A stretch of DNA of 64,000 bases from an uncultured Actinomycetes bacterium (GTDB lineage: Bacteria; Actinomycetota; UBA4738; HRBIN12): assembly GCA_963704725.1 (NCBI GenBank), contig OY969934.1, forward strand, positions 1,696,001 through 1,760,000. Direction: 5' to 3'. Shown here one piece after another: positions 20,376 to 33,048 of this stretch. The position numbers and the translations under genes were made by a program. The notes below the pieces were generated by a model, which worked only from the letters and a program-made list of their open reading frames with translations, made no database searches and was not told the DNA's origin. Position 1 is the first letter of the stretch. Every line of letters starts with the position of its first letter.

Positions 20376-21739
20376 GTCGCGACCTCGATCACGAGCTCCT
20401 CCAGCACCCCCAGGTAGCGATCGACGTCGTCCCCCGTCGCGGCGACCGAGACCGCGGGACCCGCCCACTCCATGGCCTCCCACACGCCGCGGTTGGCCAT
20501 CCACAGGCGGAGCAGGCGCCACAGCTCGGGGTCGTGGCCCTGCCGGGCCTCGGCGCCGCTCCGGGCCGGGACGCCGCCGAAGGCGTAGCCGCTCCTGGCG
20601 AAGAGCCGATGCGCGCGCCAAGGCAGCCCCGCCGTCGCCGCCACCGCCTCGATCCCGTCGGCCATCCGAGCGCCCAGGTGCCCGGTGCGCTCGTAGGCGT
20701 CCTCGGTGAGGACCTCGGTCAATGCAGCGCGCGCGGCGGCCATCTGCAGGGGGTTCCCGAACAACGTGCCTCCCGTCGCCACCTCGTCCTCCACCGCGCC
20801 GGCCCCGCCGTGCTCCGCCACGTCCTCGAGCAGCGCCCCCAACGCCTCGGTCGTCCCGTACGCGCCGATGGCGACGCCCCCGCCGATCGACTTGCCGAGC
20901 GTCACCACGTCGGGCTCGAGTCCCCACCGGCCGACCAGGCCCGCCGGTCCGCAGATGAGCGTGTGGGTCTCGTCCACGATGAGGACGGCGCCGGCCTCGC
21001 GCGTCAGGCGCCGGACCTCGGCGTGGAAGCCCTCGTCCGGCTGCACGACGCCGGCGTTCGTGAGCGCCGGCTCGGTGAGGACGCACGCGACGTCGCCCGG
21101 CTCGAGGGCGCGGGCCAGGGCCGGCGGGTCGTTGAACGGCACGATCCGCACGTGACGCTCGACCCCGGGCGACAGACCGCGGTTCTCGGGGACCTCGCGG
21201 CCGTCCAGCGTGGTGACGAGCAGCTCCTCACCGTGGCCGTGGTACCTCCCGTCGAACATCAGCAACGTCGGCCGTCCCGTCGCGGCGCGGGCCAGCCGGA
21301 TCGCCTCGACGTTCGCGATCGTCGCCGACAGGGTGAACTGCCACCGGGGGAGCCTCCACCGCCGCGCGAGCTCCTCGGCGACGACGATGGCATCCTCCGT
21401 CGGCATGAGGAACTGCGTGCCGGTCCGAACGCGCTCGCTCACAGCTCTCACCACGGGCTCGGGCGCGTAGCCGCAGAACATCGACGTGTCCGCGATGTTG
21501 GTGTCGAGGTACCGGTGGCCGTCGACGTCGAACAGGTAGGCACCCTCGCCCCGATCCATGTAGACGGGTGGGTGCCCGTGCAGCGAGGCCATCCACCCCA
21601 TCGGGACGCCGAGAGGCATGCAGGCGCGGGCCCGCTCCAGCAGCGTCGCCGATCGGGGGCGGTCGGCGAGGAACCGGGTGAGCTCGCGCTCCGTCAGCTC
21701 GCCGACGCGGCGGCGATCGACGGTCTCGGCGACGGCCAC
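20372..21739 (-). CDS. Class III PLP aminotransferase (glutamate-1-semialdehyde aminomutase-like)
   Basis: GEGAYLFDVDGHRYLD, YHG, LIVDETH, PDVVTLGKSIGGG, GGTLFGNP; GGAGG RBS before GTG 21739. Confidence 0.88.
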   Translation of the reverse strand: MAVAETVDRRRVGELTERELTRFLADRPRSATLLERARACMPLGVPMGWMASLHGHPPVYMDRGEGAYLFDVDGHRYLDTNIADTSMFCGYAPEPVVRAVSERVRTGTQFLMPTEDAIVVAEELARRWRLPRWQFTLSATIANVEAIRLARAATGRPTLLMFDGRYHGHGEELLVTTLDGREVPENRGLSPGVERHVRIVPFNDPPALARALEPGDVACVLTEPALTNAGVVQPDEGFHAEVRRLTREAGAVLIVDETHTLICGPAGLVGRWGLEPDVVTLGKSIGGGVAIGAYGTTEALGALLEDVAEHGGAGAVEDEVATGGTLFGNPLQMAAARAALTEVLTEDAYERTGHLGARMADGIEAVAATAGLPWRAHRLFARSGYAFGGVPARSGAEARQGHDPELWRLLRLWMANRGVWEAMEWAGPAVSVAATGDDVDRYLGVLEELVIEVAT

Positions 21740-22398
21740 GTGGCCTCCTGGGTCTCGAGGCGGAGGTCGAAGACCTCCTCGAACCTCCGGGCGACGATCG
21801 GCGCCATCTCGTCGACCGACACGACCCGCCCGGCGAGCTGCGAGAGGGAGGTCACCCCCTCGTTCGCGAGCCCGCACGGGACGATGGCGTCGTACCACGA
21901 GAGATCGGTGGTGCAGTTCAGGGCGAAGCCGTGGAGCGACACGCGCATCCGCATGAGGCGCACCCCGATCGCACAGATCTTTCGCGCTCCCGACCACACA
22001 CCGGTCTGGACGTCGCTGCGGTGCAACGGGACACCCACGTCCGCCGCCGCACGGATCACGACCTCTTCGAGGCCCCGCACGAAGCGGAGGGCGTCGGGCC
22101 GCGACCCCAGGTCGAGCACCGGGTATCCGACGAGCTGTCCCGGCCCGTGGAACGTGAGCGAGCCGCCCCGGTCGATGAAGCGGAGCGCGGCGCCCGCCGC
22201 GCGGATCCGATCCTCGGTCCACACGATGTGGTCTGGCTTCCACCGGCGGCCGGCCGTGTAGACGGGCGGATGCTCCAGCAGGATGAGCGAGTCCTCGCCG
22301 GCGCCCTCCAGACGAGCCTCGGCCAGCTCGTGCATCGCGGCGTTCGCCTCGTCGTAGTCGACGAGGCCCGCCGGGCGGATCAGGCGGCCGGCGCGCAT
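21694..22398 (-). CDS. lipB: Octanoyltransferase LipB
   Basis: LLEHPPVYTAGR, DRGGSLTFHGPGQLVGYP, KICAIG, HGFALN, IVPCGL. Confidence 0.95.
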   Translation of the reverse strand: MRAGRLIRPAGLVDYDEANAAMHELAEARLEGAGEDSLILLEHPPVYTAGRRWKPDHIVWTEDRIRAAGAALRFIDRGGSLTFHGPGQLVGYPVLDLGSRPDALRFVRGLEEVVIRAAADVGVPLHRSDVQTGVWSGARKICAIGVRLMRMRVSLHGFALNCTTDLSWYDAIVPCGLANEGVTSLSQLAGRVVSVDEMAPIVARRFEEVFDLRLETQEATWPSPRPSIAAASAS

Positions 22399-22402
22399 CG
22401 GC

Positions 22403-23767
22403 TCAGAGCCCGAGGTCCTCGGCGAAGTCCCAGGTCTCGAGGTTCTGCTTGATCCTCGCCAGGAACTGCGACGCCAGCGCGCCGTCGATCACCCGGTGGT
22501 CCCACGACATCGACAGGTAGACCATGTGGCGGATGGCGATCGCGTCGTCGATCACCACCGGTCGCTTCTCGACCGTGTCGAACCCGAGGATGCCGGTCTG
22601 GGGCTGGTTGATGATCGGGACGGAGATCATCGACCCGAAGGGGCCGGGGTTCGTGATCGTGAAGGTCCCGCCGTGCACCTCGTCGGGCTTGAGCTGCTTG
22701 GCCCTGGCCCGCGTGGCCAGGTCGTTGATCCCCCGTGCCAGGCCGACGAGGTTCATCGTGTCGGCGTTCTTCAGCACCGGCACGATGAGGCCCTCGTCGT
22801 AGGACACGGCGATGCCCATGTTGACGAAGTGCCGCAGGACGATCTCGTCGCCCCGCAGCTCGCCGTTCACCATGGGGTACGCGAGCAGGGCCTCGGTGAC
22901 GGCGCGCGTGACGAACGGCATGTACGTGAGGTTGAACCCCTCGCGCGCCCGGAAGGCCTCCTTGGTGCGCTCGCGGAGGCGGGCGACGTTCTCGAGGTTC
23001 ACCTCCACGGCGTTCCACGCGCGGGCCGAGACCTCGAGGCTCGCCTTCATGTGCTCGGCGATCGCTTTGCGGATATGGGTGACCGGGACGACCTCCTCCC
23101 CGCCGGCGACCGCGGCCGGCGCAGGCACCGGCGCGGCCTGGAGGGCGGACGGAGCGGGCGGCGGTGGCGGTGTCGCCGCGACCCGAGCGGCCGCCGTGGC
23201 GCCCCCTCCCGCGACGAACGCCACCACGTCGTTCTTCGTGATGCGTCCCCCCGTCCCGGTCCCGGTGACCTGGGAGAGATCGACCCCGTGCTCGCCGGCG
23301 AGCTTGCGCACCAGCGGCGACAGGATCTGCGACCGAGGCCCCCGATCGGCGAGCGGAGCTGTCGGCGCCGTCGCAGGAACCGAGGCCGCCATCTGAGACG
23401 GAACTGCCGCCGCCGGGGCCGTGGCGGAGGGGGCCTCGTCGCCCCCCGCGCCCACCGACGCCGCCGGAGCGCCCACCGGCGCCTCCGCAGCGAGCCGCGA
23501 CGGAGCCCCCGGAGCCGCGGGCCCGGCGGCGGCCCCCGAGTCCGCGATCTCGGCCAGATCCGTCCCCACCGCGACGGTCGCCCCTTCAGCAACGAGGATC
23601 TTCACGAGCGTCCCGGCCGCCGGCGAAGGCACCTCCGTGTCGACCTTGTCGGTGGAGATCTCGAACAGGGGCTCGTCCTGTGCCACCTGCTCGCCCTCCT
23701 GCTTCAGCCACTTCAGGATGGTGCCCTCGACGACGGTCTCGCCGAGTTGGGGCATCTTGACCTGCAT
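22403..23767 (-). CDS. Dihydrolipoamide acyltransferase (E2)
   Basis: Lipoyl domain (MPQLGE, TDKV), Ala/Pro linker, E3-binding SPLVRKLA..GTGTGGRITK, catalytic DHRVIDG. Confidence 0.95.
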   Translation of the reverse strand: MQVKMPQLGETVVEGTILKWLKQEGEQVAQDEPLFEISTDKVDTEVPSPAAGTLVKILVAEGATVAVGTDLAEIADSGAAAGPAAPGAPSRLAAEAPVGAPAASVGAGGDEAPSATAPAAAVPSQMAASVPATAPTAPLADRGPRSQILSPLVRKLAGEHGVDLSQVTGTGTGGRITKNDVVAFVAGGGATAAARVAATPPPPPAPSALQAAPVPAPAAVAGGEEVVPVTHIRKAIAEHMKASLEVSARAWNAVEVNLENVARLRERTKEAFRAREGFNLTYMPFVTRAVTEALLAYPMVNGELRGDEIVLRHFVNMGIAVSYDEGLIVPVLKNADTMNLVGLARGINDLATRARAKQLKPDEVHGGTFTITNPGPFGSMISVPIINQPQTGILGFDTVEKRPVVIDDAIAIRHMVYLSMSWDHRVIDGALASQFLARIKQNLETWDFAEDLGL

Positions 23768-23799
23768 CGGACCTCCTCGGTGGGGCTGGGCCCCTTCCC

Positions 23800-24845
<1,046 letters not shown>

Positions 24846-24846
<1 letters not shown>

Positions 24847-25916
24847 CAGGCCTGCGTGCCGCCGCCGCGGCCGGGCTCGCTCGTCCAGTAGCCGTCCTCG
24901 ACCCACAGGCCCTTGGTCACGTCGCCGGGCTCGGGGAAGGGCGAGTTCAGCGCGTACTGGTACCCGTCGTCGAACTCCTGCTTGATCCGCTCGTCGATCT
25001 CGTTCACGAACGCGTCGTCGACCACGTCGTGGGATCGCAGCAGCTCCTCGAAGCGCCGCACCGGGTCCTTGTTCTGCATGTAGTCCTCGAGGAGCTCCTT
25101 GGGCACGTACTTCGCCGGGTCGTGGCCGGCGTGGCCCCGCCACCGGAGCGAGACGCTCTCGATCAGGGTCGGGCCGCCGCCCCCCCGCGCGCGCTCGATG
25201 GCCTCGCGCGCCGCCGCGTAGACCTCCAGCAGGTTCGCCCCGTCGACGCGGACCCCGGGCATCCCGTACGCGACCGCCCGCTCGGCGATCGTGGGGATCG
25301 CGAACTCGAGCCGGTTCGGCGTCGAGTACGCGTACTGGTTGTTGTTGACCACCCACACCACGGGGAGGTGGAACACCGCGGACGTGTTGAGCGCCTCGTG
25401 CCACCGGCCGTTGGACGTCGACCCGTCGCCGCAGATCGCGAGCGCCACGCGGGGTTCGCCTCGGCGCTGGTAGGCGAGCGCGGCGCCGCACGCCACCGGG
25501 TACGCGATCGGCAGATGCGACATCACGGTCCACGTCCGGTTCCCGAACCAGTCCCCGATGTGGCTGTTCCCGTCGCGTCCGCGTGTGTACCCGTCGATCC
25601 GTCCCCAGAACTGGGCCATGACCCGGCGGAGCTCGAGGCCCTTCGCCAGCTGGGCGGACAGGTCCCGGTGCGTCGGGAACAGCGAGTCGTCGTCGCGCAG
25701 CGGAGCCGCCACGCCGACGTGCGTGCCCTCCTGGCCGCGGCCCGAGTAGATCGCGCCCGGAAGGCGGCCCTGCCGATACAGCGCCTCCATGCGCTCGTCG
25801 AAGTACCGGCACAGCTTGATCGTGTGCAGGAGGTCCTTGAGGCGATCGTCGGACAGCCCGGCGCGCCAGTCCTCCGCCGAGAGCTGCTTCTCGGTCACGC
25901 TCGTGGCCACGCTCAC
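24846..25916 (-). CDS. 2-oxoacid dehydrogenase E1 alpha subunit
   Basis: GQEG, THRD, TPP motif GDGSTSNG...NNQYAYS, RWRGHAGHD; GTGA-coupled to lpdA. Confidence 0.93.
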
Positions 25917-27292
25917 CCTCCGTGCAGCGGCTTGCCGGCGAGCCCGAGGAAGGCCTCGCCGACACCCTCGGACAGCGACGGATGCGGGTGCATGAGGGCG
26001 GCGACCTCGGCGGGGACCGCCTCCCAGTTGACGATGAGCATCGTCTCGGCGACGAGGTCCGTGACGTGCGGCCCCACCATGTGCACGCCGAGCACGGGCC
26101 CGCCGCCCCGCTCCGCGACGATCTTCACGATGCCGCCCTCGCCGACGATGTTGGCCTTGCCGACGCCCTGGAAGTTGAACTTCTCCGTCTCGACGTCGTG
26201 GCCGCGCTCGGTCGCCTGCGCCTCCGTGAGCCCCACGGACGCGATCTCCGGCGTGCTGTAGGTGACCCTCGGGATGCCCGTGTACTCGATCTCCGGGACG
26301 TCCATGCCGGCGATGCGCTCGGCCACGGCGTAACCCTCGGTGAACGAGACGTGCGCGAGCTGCAGGGGGGTGGCGGCGACGTCCCCCACCGCCCACACGT
26401 GCGGCGACGACGTCCGCAGCTGCGGATCCACGCGGACGAAGCCGCGATCGAGCTCGACGCCTGCGGCCTCGAGGTCGAGACCGTCGGTGACCGGTCCCCG
26501 GCCCACGGCGACCAGGCAGACGTCCGCGGCGACGGACTGCGACGTCCCCCCCGCCTCGAACGCAACGTCCACGCGGTCCTCGGCCTCCTTCACCTCGGTG
26601 ACCGAGGCCCCCGCGTGCGCCGAGATGCCGCGCTTGCGGAACGCCCTCGCCACCTCCTTCGAGACGTCCTCGTCCTCGAGCGGGGCGATCCTGGGCAGCG
26701 CCTCGACGAGGGTGACCTCGGCGCCCATCGAGCGATAGAAGCTGGCGAACTCGAGCCCGATCGCGCCGGCGCCGATGATGACGGCCGACGACGGGATCGA
26801 CGGGTACCACAGCGCCTCGTCGCTCGTGATCACGCGCTCGGTGCGCTCCAGGCCGGGCAGGAGCTTGGGGCGGGATCCCGACGCGATCACCACGTCGGTG
26901 GCGGCGATCGTGCGTCCGTCGACCTGCACCACCGGGCCGGGGCGGACCGCGGCCGTGCCCGTGATCACGTCGATCTTGCGCGCCTTCACCAGCCCGGTGA
27001 CGCCCGAGACGAGCTTGTCGACGATGCGGTTCTCGAACGCCTGGATCTGCGACCAGTCGGGCTCGCCGCTCGCCTTGATGCCCCAGTCCTCGGAGCGGTT
27101 CACGGCATCCATCACGGCCGCCGACTGGAGCAACGCCTTCGTCGGGATGCAGCCGCGGAGGAGGCAGGTCCCGCCGAGCCGATCGTCCCGCTCGACGATG
27201 GCGACGCGCTTGCCGAGTTGCGCAAGCCGCAGGGCACAGGAGTAGCCTCCCGTCCCCGCGCCGATGACGACTACGTCGTAAGCGTCGGGCAT
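25913..27292 (-). CDS. lpdA: Dihydrolipoamide dehydrogenase (E3)
   Basis: VIGAGTGG, GGTCLLRGCIPTK redox disulfide, IGAGAIGLE, HPSLSE. Confidence 0.95.
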   Translation of the reverse strand: MPDAYDVVVIGAGTGGYSCALRLAQLGKRVAIVERDDRLGGTCLLRGCIPTKALLQSAAVMDAVNRSEDWGIKASGEPDWSQIQAFENRIVDKLVSGVTGLVKARKIDVITGTAAVRPGPVVQVDGRTIAATDVVIASGSRPKLLPGLERTERVITSDEALWYPSIPSSAVIIGAGAIGLEFASFYRSMGAEVTLVEALPRIAPLEDEDVSKEVARAFRKRGISAHAGASVTEVKEAEDRVDVAFEAGGTSQSVAADVCLVAVGRGPVTDGLDLEAAGVELDRGFVRVDPQLRTSSPHVWAVGDVAATPLQLAHVSFTEGYAVAERIAGMDVPEIEYTGIPRVTYSTPEIASVGLTEAQATERGHDVETEKFNFQGVGKANIVGEGGIVKIVAERGGGPVLGVHMVGPHVTDLVAETMLIVNWEAVPAEVAALMHPHPSLSEGVGEAFLGLAGKPLHGG

Positions 27293-27396
27293 CCGAGCGT
27301 CCATGCTACCGCGGTTCCCACTTCCACCCGCTCGAACGCACGGTAGCGAGCTCGTGACGGGATCGGGTCGGAGCCGACGGCTCCGCCCGGCGTCGC

Positions 27397-28143
27397 TCAG
27401 ACCGGCCCGAGCACCTCGAAGGTGGCCGGTGCGGCCGCGGCGGCGAGGTCGGCGACCGTCGCGCCGCCGAAGCGGGTGCGATCCAGGATGCGCTCGAGCA
27501 CGTGCGGAGCCTTCGGCGAGTCGGGCATCGCGGCGACGACGAGGTACAGGCCGGACGACGGGATCCCGACCTCGCGGACGGGGCCGTAGCCCGGAGCGGC
27601 GACGAAGTAGGCCCACCGCGTTGGCTGCCCGCCGACCTTGCAGGTCCCTTCGCCTCGCGCCACGTAGTCGCCGGGTGAGGCGGGAGCGCCCGATGCGAAC
27701 TCGGGCCGGTGATCGACGATCACCTGGTTCGTGACGTCGCTGCACCGCCACGACGGCGTGACCATGTCGAAGGCCGGCCCCCGCGCGGCCAGGTAGTAGT
27801 AGTCGGAGGGCACCCCCACCCGGGTGCCGTCGATCCACATGGCGGCGTAGCCCTCGGTCGGCGGGCGGTCGGTGGTCCAGACGTTGAGCCTTGGGCCGGC
27901 GACCAGGCCCTGCCGGGGATCGTCGACGGGACCGGCGGGCCGGGGGCTCCAGGCGTCCGGGAGGACCGCCGTCACGGCCCCGGACGTCACCTCGCGGTAC
28001 GGGCTGGGTGACTCGGTGATCGTGAGTGGGGAGGGCGCGGCGGGAGGTGAGGTCACTGCGGCGCCGCGGCAACCCACGGCGACCAGCGCGACCACGCAGC
28101 AGCTCAGGAGCCTTCGCACTCGGTCGATACCCGTCGGCAGCAT
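27397..28143 (-). CDS. Hypothetical lipoprotein
   Basis: Lipobox-like VAVGC after a hydrophobic stretch; the remainder has globular composition. Start uncertain. Confidence 0.65.
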   Translation of the reverse strand: MLPTGIDRVRRLLSCCVVALVAVGCRGAAVTSPPAAPSPLTITESPSPYREVTSGAVTAVLPDAWSPRPAGPVDDPRQGLVAGPRLNVWTTDRPPTEGYAAMWIDGTRVGVPSDYYYLAARGPAFDMVTPSWRCSDVTNQVIVDHRPEFASGAPASPGDYVARGEGTCKVGGQPTRWAYFVAAPGYGPVREVGIPSSGLYLVVAAMPDSPKAPHVLERILDRTRFGGATVADLAAAAAPATFEVLGPV

Positions 28144-28244
28144 AGCCCGGCACCCGGTGCCCGCGCCACTCCGTAGGCCGGTTCCCCGACGGCCGGCGTC
28201 GGACGTTCGGAGTACGATCCGGCGCAACTGAAGAGCACGTGCCC

Positions 28245-28435
28245 TCCAGGTGCGCCGGACCACGTCCGGCCGGAGGCGGGGCCGGGCCGATCCCGACCCC
28301 GCGAAGAGGGAAGCCGGTGAGAATCCGGCGCGGTCGCGCCACTGTGACCGGGGAGCGAACCCGACGGAACCACTGGGCCCACGGGCCCGGGAAGGGTCGG
28401 GGGAGCGCAGATCCGGGAGCCAGGAGACCTGCCTC
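28245..28435 (+). ncRNA. Cobalamin riboswitch
   Basis: CAGGTGC...AAGAGGGAAGCCGGTGAGAATCCGGCGCGGTCGCGCCACTGTGA...CCACTGGG...GGGAAGG...B12 box GAGCCAGGAGACCTGCC, upstream of btuFCD. Confidence 0.95.
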
Positions 28436-28476
28436 GAGGGCCCCACGGGTCGTCCTTCGCACGAAAGGAGACGCGC

Positions 28477-29436
28477 GTGAGACCCGCTCGCACCCGCACC
28501 GGATCGGTGCTGCTCCTCGCCTTGCTCCTCACCGCCTGTGCGGACTCGTCGCCGGAGCCGGCGCGGTCGCCGGCGGCGGGGGGAGCTCCGAGCCCGTCGG
28601 CCGCCGCCTTCCCCTTCACCCTCGTCGACGACGACGGCGTGTCCGTCACTATCGAGGCCCCGCCGCAGCGCATCGTGACCTTCGCGCCGTCGGCCACCGA
28701 GATCGTGTACGCGCTCGGGTTGGGCGAACGGCTCGTCGGCGTGTCGGGCCCGTTCGACGACTACCCGGCGGAGGCGGCGAACGTCCAGGAGATCGGAGGC
28801 GCCGGCGACTTCGGCGTCGACCCCAACATCGAGCAGGTGGTGGCGCTCGAGCCGGACCTGTTCCTCACGATCAAGGGAGGCGATCAGTGGAAGGCTCGGC
28901 TGCGCGAGCTGGGCGTGCCCGTGGTCACCCTGGACGCCACCGATCTCGACGACCTGATGGCCGACCTCGAGGTGGCCGGGCGCCTCACGGGAGCCACCGA
29001 GGGCGCGGCCTCGCTCGTCCGGGACCTCCAGGCGGAGGTCTCCGAGGTAGAGAACGCCGTGAGCCAGGTCGAGCCGGTGACGTGCTTCTACGAGACGTTC
29101 TACCCGCCCCTGTACACGGTGGGGCCCGGCACGTTCATCTACGACCTGCTCGAGCGCGCCGGGTGCGACCCCGTCACGTCCTCCTCGAACCAGCAGTACC
29201 CGCAGTGGTCGGTGGAGGAGCTGGTCCGGGAGAGCCCGGACGTGTACCTGGTCTCGTCGGAGTCCGGGGCGAGCCCGAGGCAGGTGGCCCGGCGGGCCGG
29301 CTTCGACGCCGTCTCGGCCGTGGCGCAGGGTCGCATCGTCCCGATCGAGTCCGACCTCGCCGAACGGCCCGGGCCGAGGATCGTGCAGGGCCTTCGGCTG
29401 ATCGCCGAGGCCCTGCATCCGGAGGCGTTCGCGTAG
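28477..29436 (+). CDS. btuF: Cobalamin ABC transporter substrate-binding lipoprotein
   Basis: LTAC lipobox, PQRIVTFAPSATEI, RPGPRI; downstream of the B12 riboswitch. Confidence 0.9.
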   Translation: MRPARTRTGSVLLLALLLTACADSSPEPARSPAAGGAPSPSAAAFPFTLVDDDGVSVTIEAPPQRIVTFAPSATEIVYALGLGERLVGVSGPFDDYPAEAANVQEIGGAGDFGVDPNIEQVVALEPDLFLTIKGGDQWKARLRELGVPVVTLDATDLDDLMADLEVAGRLTGATEGAASLVRDLQAEVSEVENAVSQVEPVTCFYETFYPPLYTVGPGTFIYDLLERAGCDPVTSSSNQQYPQWSVEELVRESPDVYLVSSESGASPRQVARRAGFDAVSAVAQGRIVPIESDLAERPGPRIVQGLRLIAEALHPEAFA

Positions 29437-29438
29437 CC

Positions 29439-30462
29439 GTGCGAGCCGCGGTCAGGTACCGGCGGGCGCTCGTGCTCCTTGCGACCGGGCTCGTGTGTGC
29501 GCTCGTGCTCGGCGTGGCGGTGGGGTCGGTGTGGGTGTCGCCCGTCGACGTCGCGCGCCTCATGACGTGGAAGCTCCACGTGTCCGGCCGGCCCGACGTG
29601 GCGCGATCCGCGGAGGTCATCGTCCTGCAGCTGCGGCTCCCGCGCGTGCTGCTGGCCGCGATCGTCGGCGCGGCCCTGGCGGCGTCGGGCGCGGTGTTCC
29701 AGGGGCTGTTCCGCAACGCCCTGGCGGACCCGGCCATCATCGGCGTGTCCTCCGGGGCTGCCCTGGGAGCCATCCTCGTGATCGTCACGGTCGGCGCGGG
29801 CTCTCTCGGGGCGTACGCCGTCCCGATGGCGGCCTTCCTCGGCGCCTTGGGGACGGCGCTCGTCGTGTATCGCCTGGCCAGGATCGGGCCTGCCGTTCAC
29901 GTGGCGACCCTCCTGCTGGCCGGGATCGCCGTCGCGGCCGTGATCTCGAGCCTGATGTCGCTCGTGATGTCGTACTCGGGCGAGGAGGTCCGGAGCATCT
30001 ACGCCTGGCTGCTCGGCGGGCTCGTGGCGGAGGGGTGGCGTTCGATCGCGATCGTGCTGCCCGTCGTCGCCGTGGGGGTCGTCGGGGCCGTGTCCGTCGC
30101 CCACGAGCTCAACCTCGTCGCGCTCGGCGAGGAACGGGCCGCCCAGCTCGGCGTGGAGATCGACCGGTTCAAGCGGCGGGCCATCGCGGTGGGAGCCCTG
30201 CTCGCCGCGGCCGCCGTCTCGGTGGCCGGCGTGATCGGCTTCGTCGGGTTGATGACCCCGCACCTGTTGCGGTTCGTCGTCGGGGCCGATCACCGCAGGC
30301 TGGTGCCGGCCTCGGTCCTTGCAGGGGCGACCCTGCTGATCCTGGCCGACCTGGTGGCGCGGACCGTCGTCGCGCCGTCGGAGCTCCCGATCGGCGTGGT
30401 CACGGCGCTGCTCGGCGGCCCGTTCTTCCTGTTTCTGCTGCGCCGCGAGGGACGGAACGCCG

Positions 30463-30476
<14 letters not shown>
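29439..30476 (+). CDS. btuC: Cobalamin ABC transporter permease (FecCD family)
   Basis: LRLPRVLLA, QGLFRNALADP..IGVSSGA, GVIGFVGL..PH, ELPIGVVTALLGGPFF. Confidence 0.92.
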
Positions 30477-31686
<1,210 letters not shown>

Positions 31687-31711
<25 letters not shown>

Positions 31712-32988
31712 TGGAAGGGGACGACCGTCCCGGTTCCGGTCTCGGGCGCGGGCTCCCGTGCCGGGGCGGGCGGAGCCGCCTCCGCCTCGACCTCCGCGAT
31801 CGAGGGCGGCGTCGTCACGGTCTGACCCTCGTGCGCCGGGATGACGAACGAGACGCGCGTGCCCCCGATCGGCAGCGGCTCGGCCCACATGATCCCGCCG
31901 TGCTGCAGGACGATCTGCCGGGCCATGTGCAGGCCCACCCCCGCGCCGGAGCGCTCCTTGCGCAGGATGTCCTCGCCGGCGGTGAAGGGCTCGTTGAAGG
32001 CCTTCGCCACGACGTCGCGGCGGACCCCGGAGCCGTGGTCGGTGACCGAGACGACCACGCCCTCGGACATGTCCCGCGCCCTGAGCACCACGGGCTGGTC
32101 CTCGGGCGAGTAGCGGCAGGCGTTGTCCAGGAGCTGCCGGACCACCTCGGCGAACCGAACGGGATCGGCGGGACCGTCCAGCCGGTCCGGGACCTCGCGG
32201 CGGATCTCGATCCCCGGGTACTGGCGGCCGATCTCGTCCGCGACGTGCGACAGGATCGGCGCCAGGTCGACGACGGTGAGCTTGATGGTCAGCTGGCCGC
32301 GATCCAGGTCGGCGATCGTCAGCATCTCGTCGATCAGCATCATGAGCTTCTCGAGCGAGCCCTCGAGCTGCCCCAGGAACTCGAACTGTTCCTCCTCCGG
32401 CAGGCCGCGGTTCTTGAGGACGTAGGCGATGCCCTTGGCCACGGTGACCGGCGTGCGCAGCTCGTGCGAGATGTTGGCCAGGAAGTCGGCCTTGGCGGTG
32501 GTGAGGGACTCCAGCCGCTCGGACACCTCGCCGAGGGCGATCTCCAGGTCGCGTCGCTGCGTGGACTCGGCCACGAGACGATCGGAGATGAGGGCGCTCA
32601 CGCGGTGGCTGAGCGCCACGTTGCCGTCGACCACCGAGCGGATGGCCCGGAGCACCGACTCGGGACCGTCCTCCTTGAGGAGGTAGGCGACGGCGCCGGC
32701 ATCGAGCATCTGGGCCGCGGTGACCGGCGAGGAGACGTTCGTCCAGCACATGACGGACGTCTCGGGCACGATGGCCAGGAGTCGGCGGACCAGATCCGTG
32801 CCCGACAGGCCCTCGAGCCCGATCTCGGCCACCACGACGGCCGGCTGGGTGCGGGCGGCGACCTCGACGGCGCGGAAGCCGTCGGTGACGACCTCCATCT
32901 CCAGGCCGGCGCCCGACTTCAGGAGCGTGTACTGGAGCTGCGCGAGGCCGTCGGCGGTGTCGCAGAGCAGCACCTTCGTGGGCATCAT
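31687..32988 (-). CDS. Cytoplasmic hybrid kinase: receiver-like domain + HisKA + HATPase
   Basis: N-terminal REC fold (AYLLKE), ANISHELRTP, LLDNACRYS, DHGSG, GAGVGL. Confidence 0.88.
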
Positions 32989-32993
32989 CGGTT

Positions 32994-33020
32994 GTATCGG
33001 CGCCCGGCCAACGGGGTTGA
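32994..33020 (-). promoter_or_regulatory. FliA/WhiG-type promoter TCAA-N15-GCCGATAC (probably leaderless transcript)
   Basis: -10 element lies 5-8 nt from the tandem ATG ATG; no SD sequence. Confidence 0.55.
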
Positions 33021-33048
33021 GCCGGCGCGGACCCCCCCGCGAGTGCGG

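Noticed and set aside
23100-23540. Repetitive GC-rich stretches in E2
   Set aside because: Ordinary Ala/Pro linkers of dihydrolipoamide acyltransferases.
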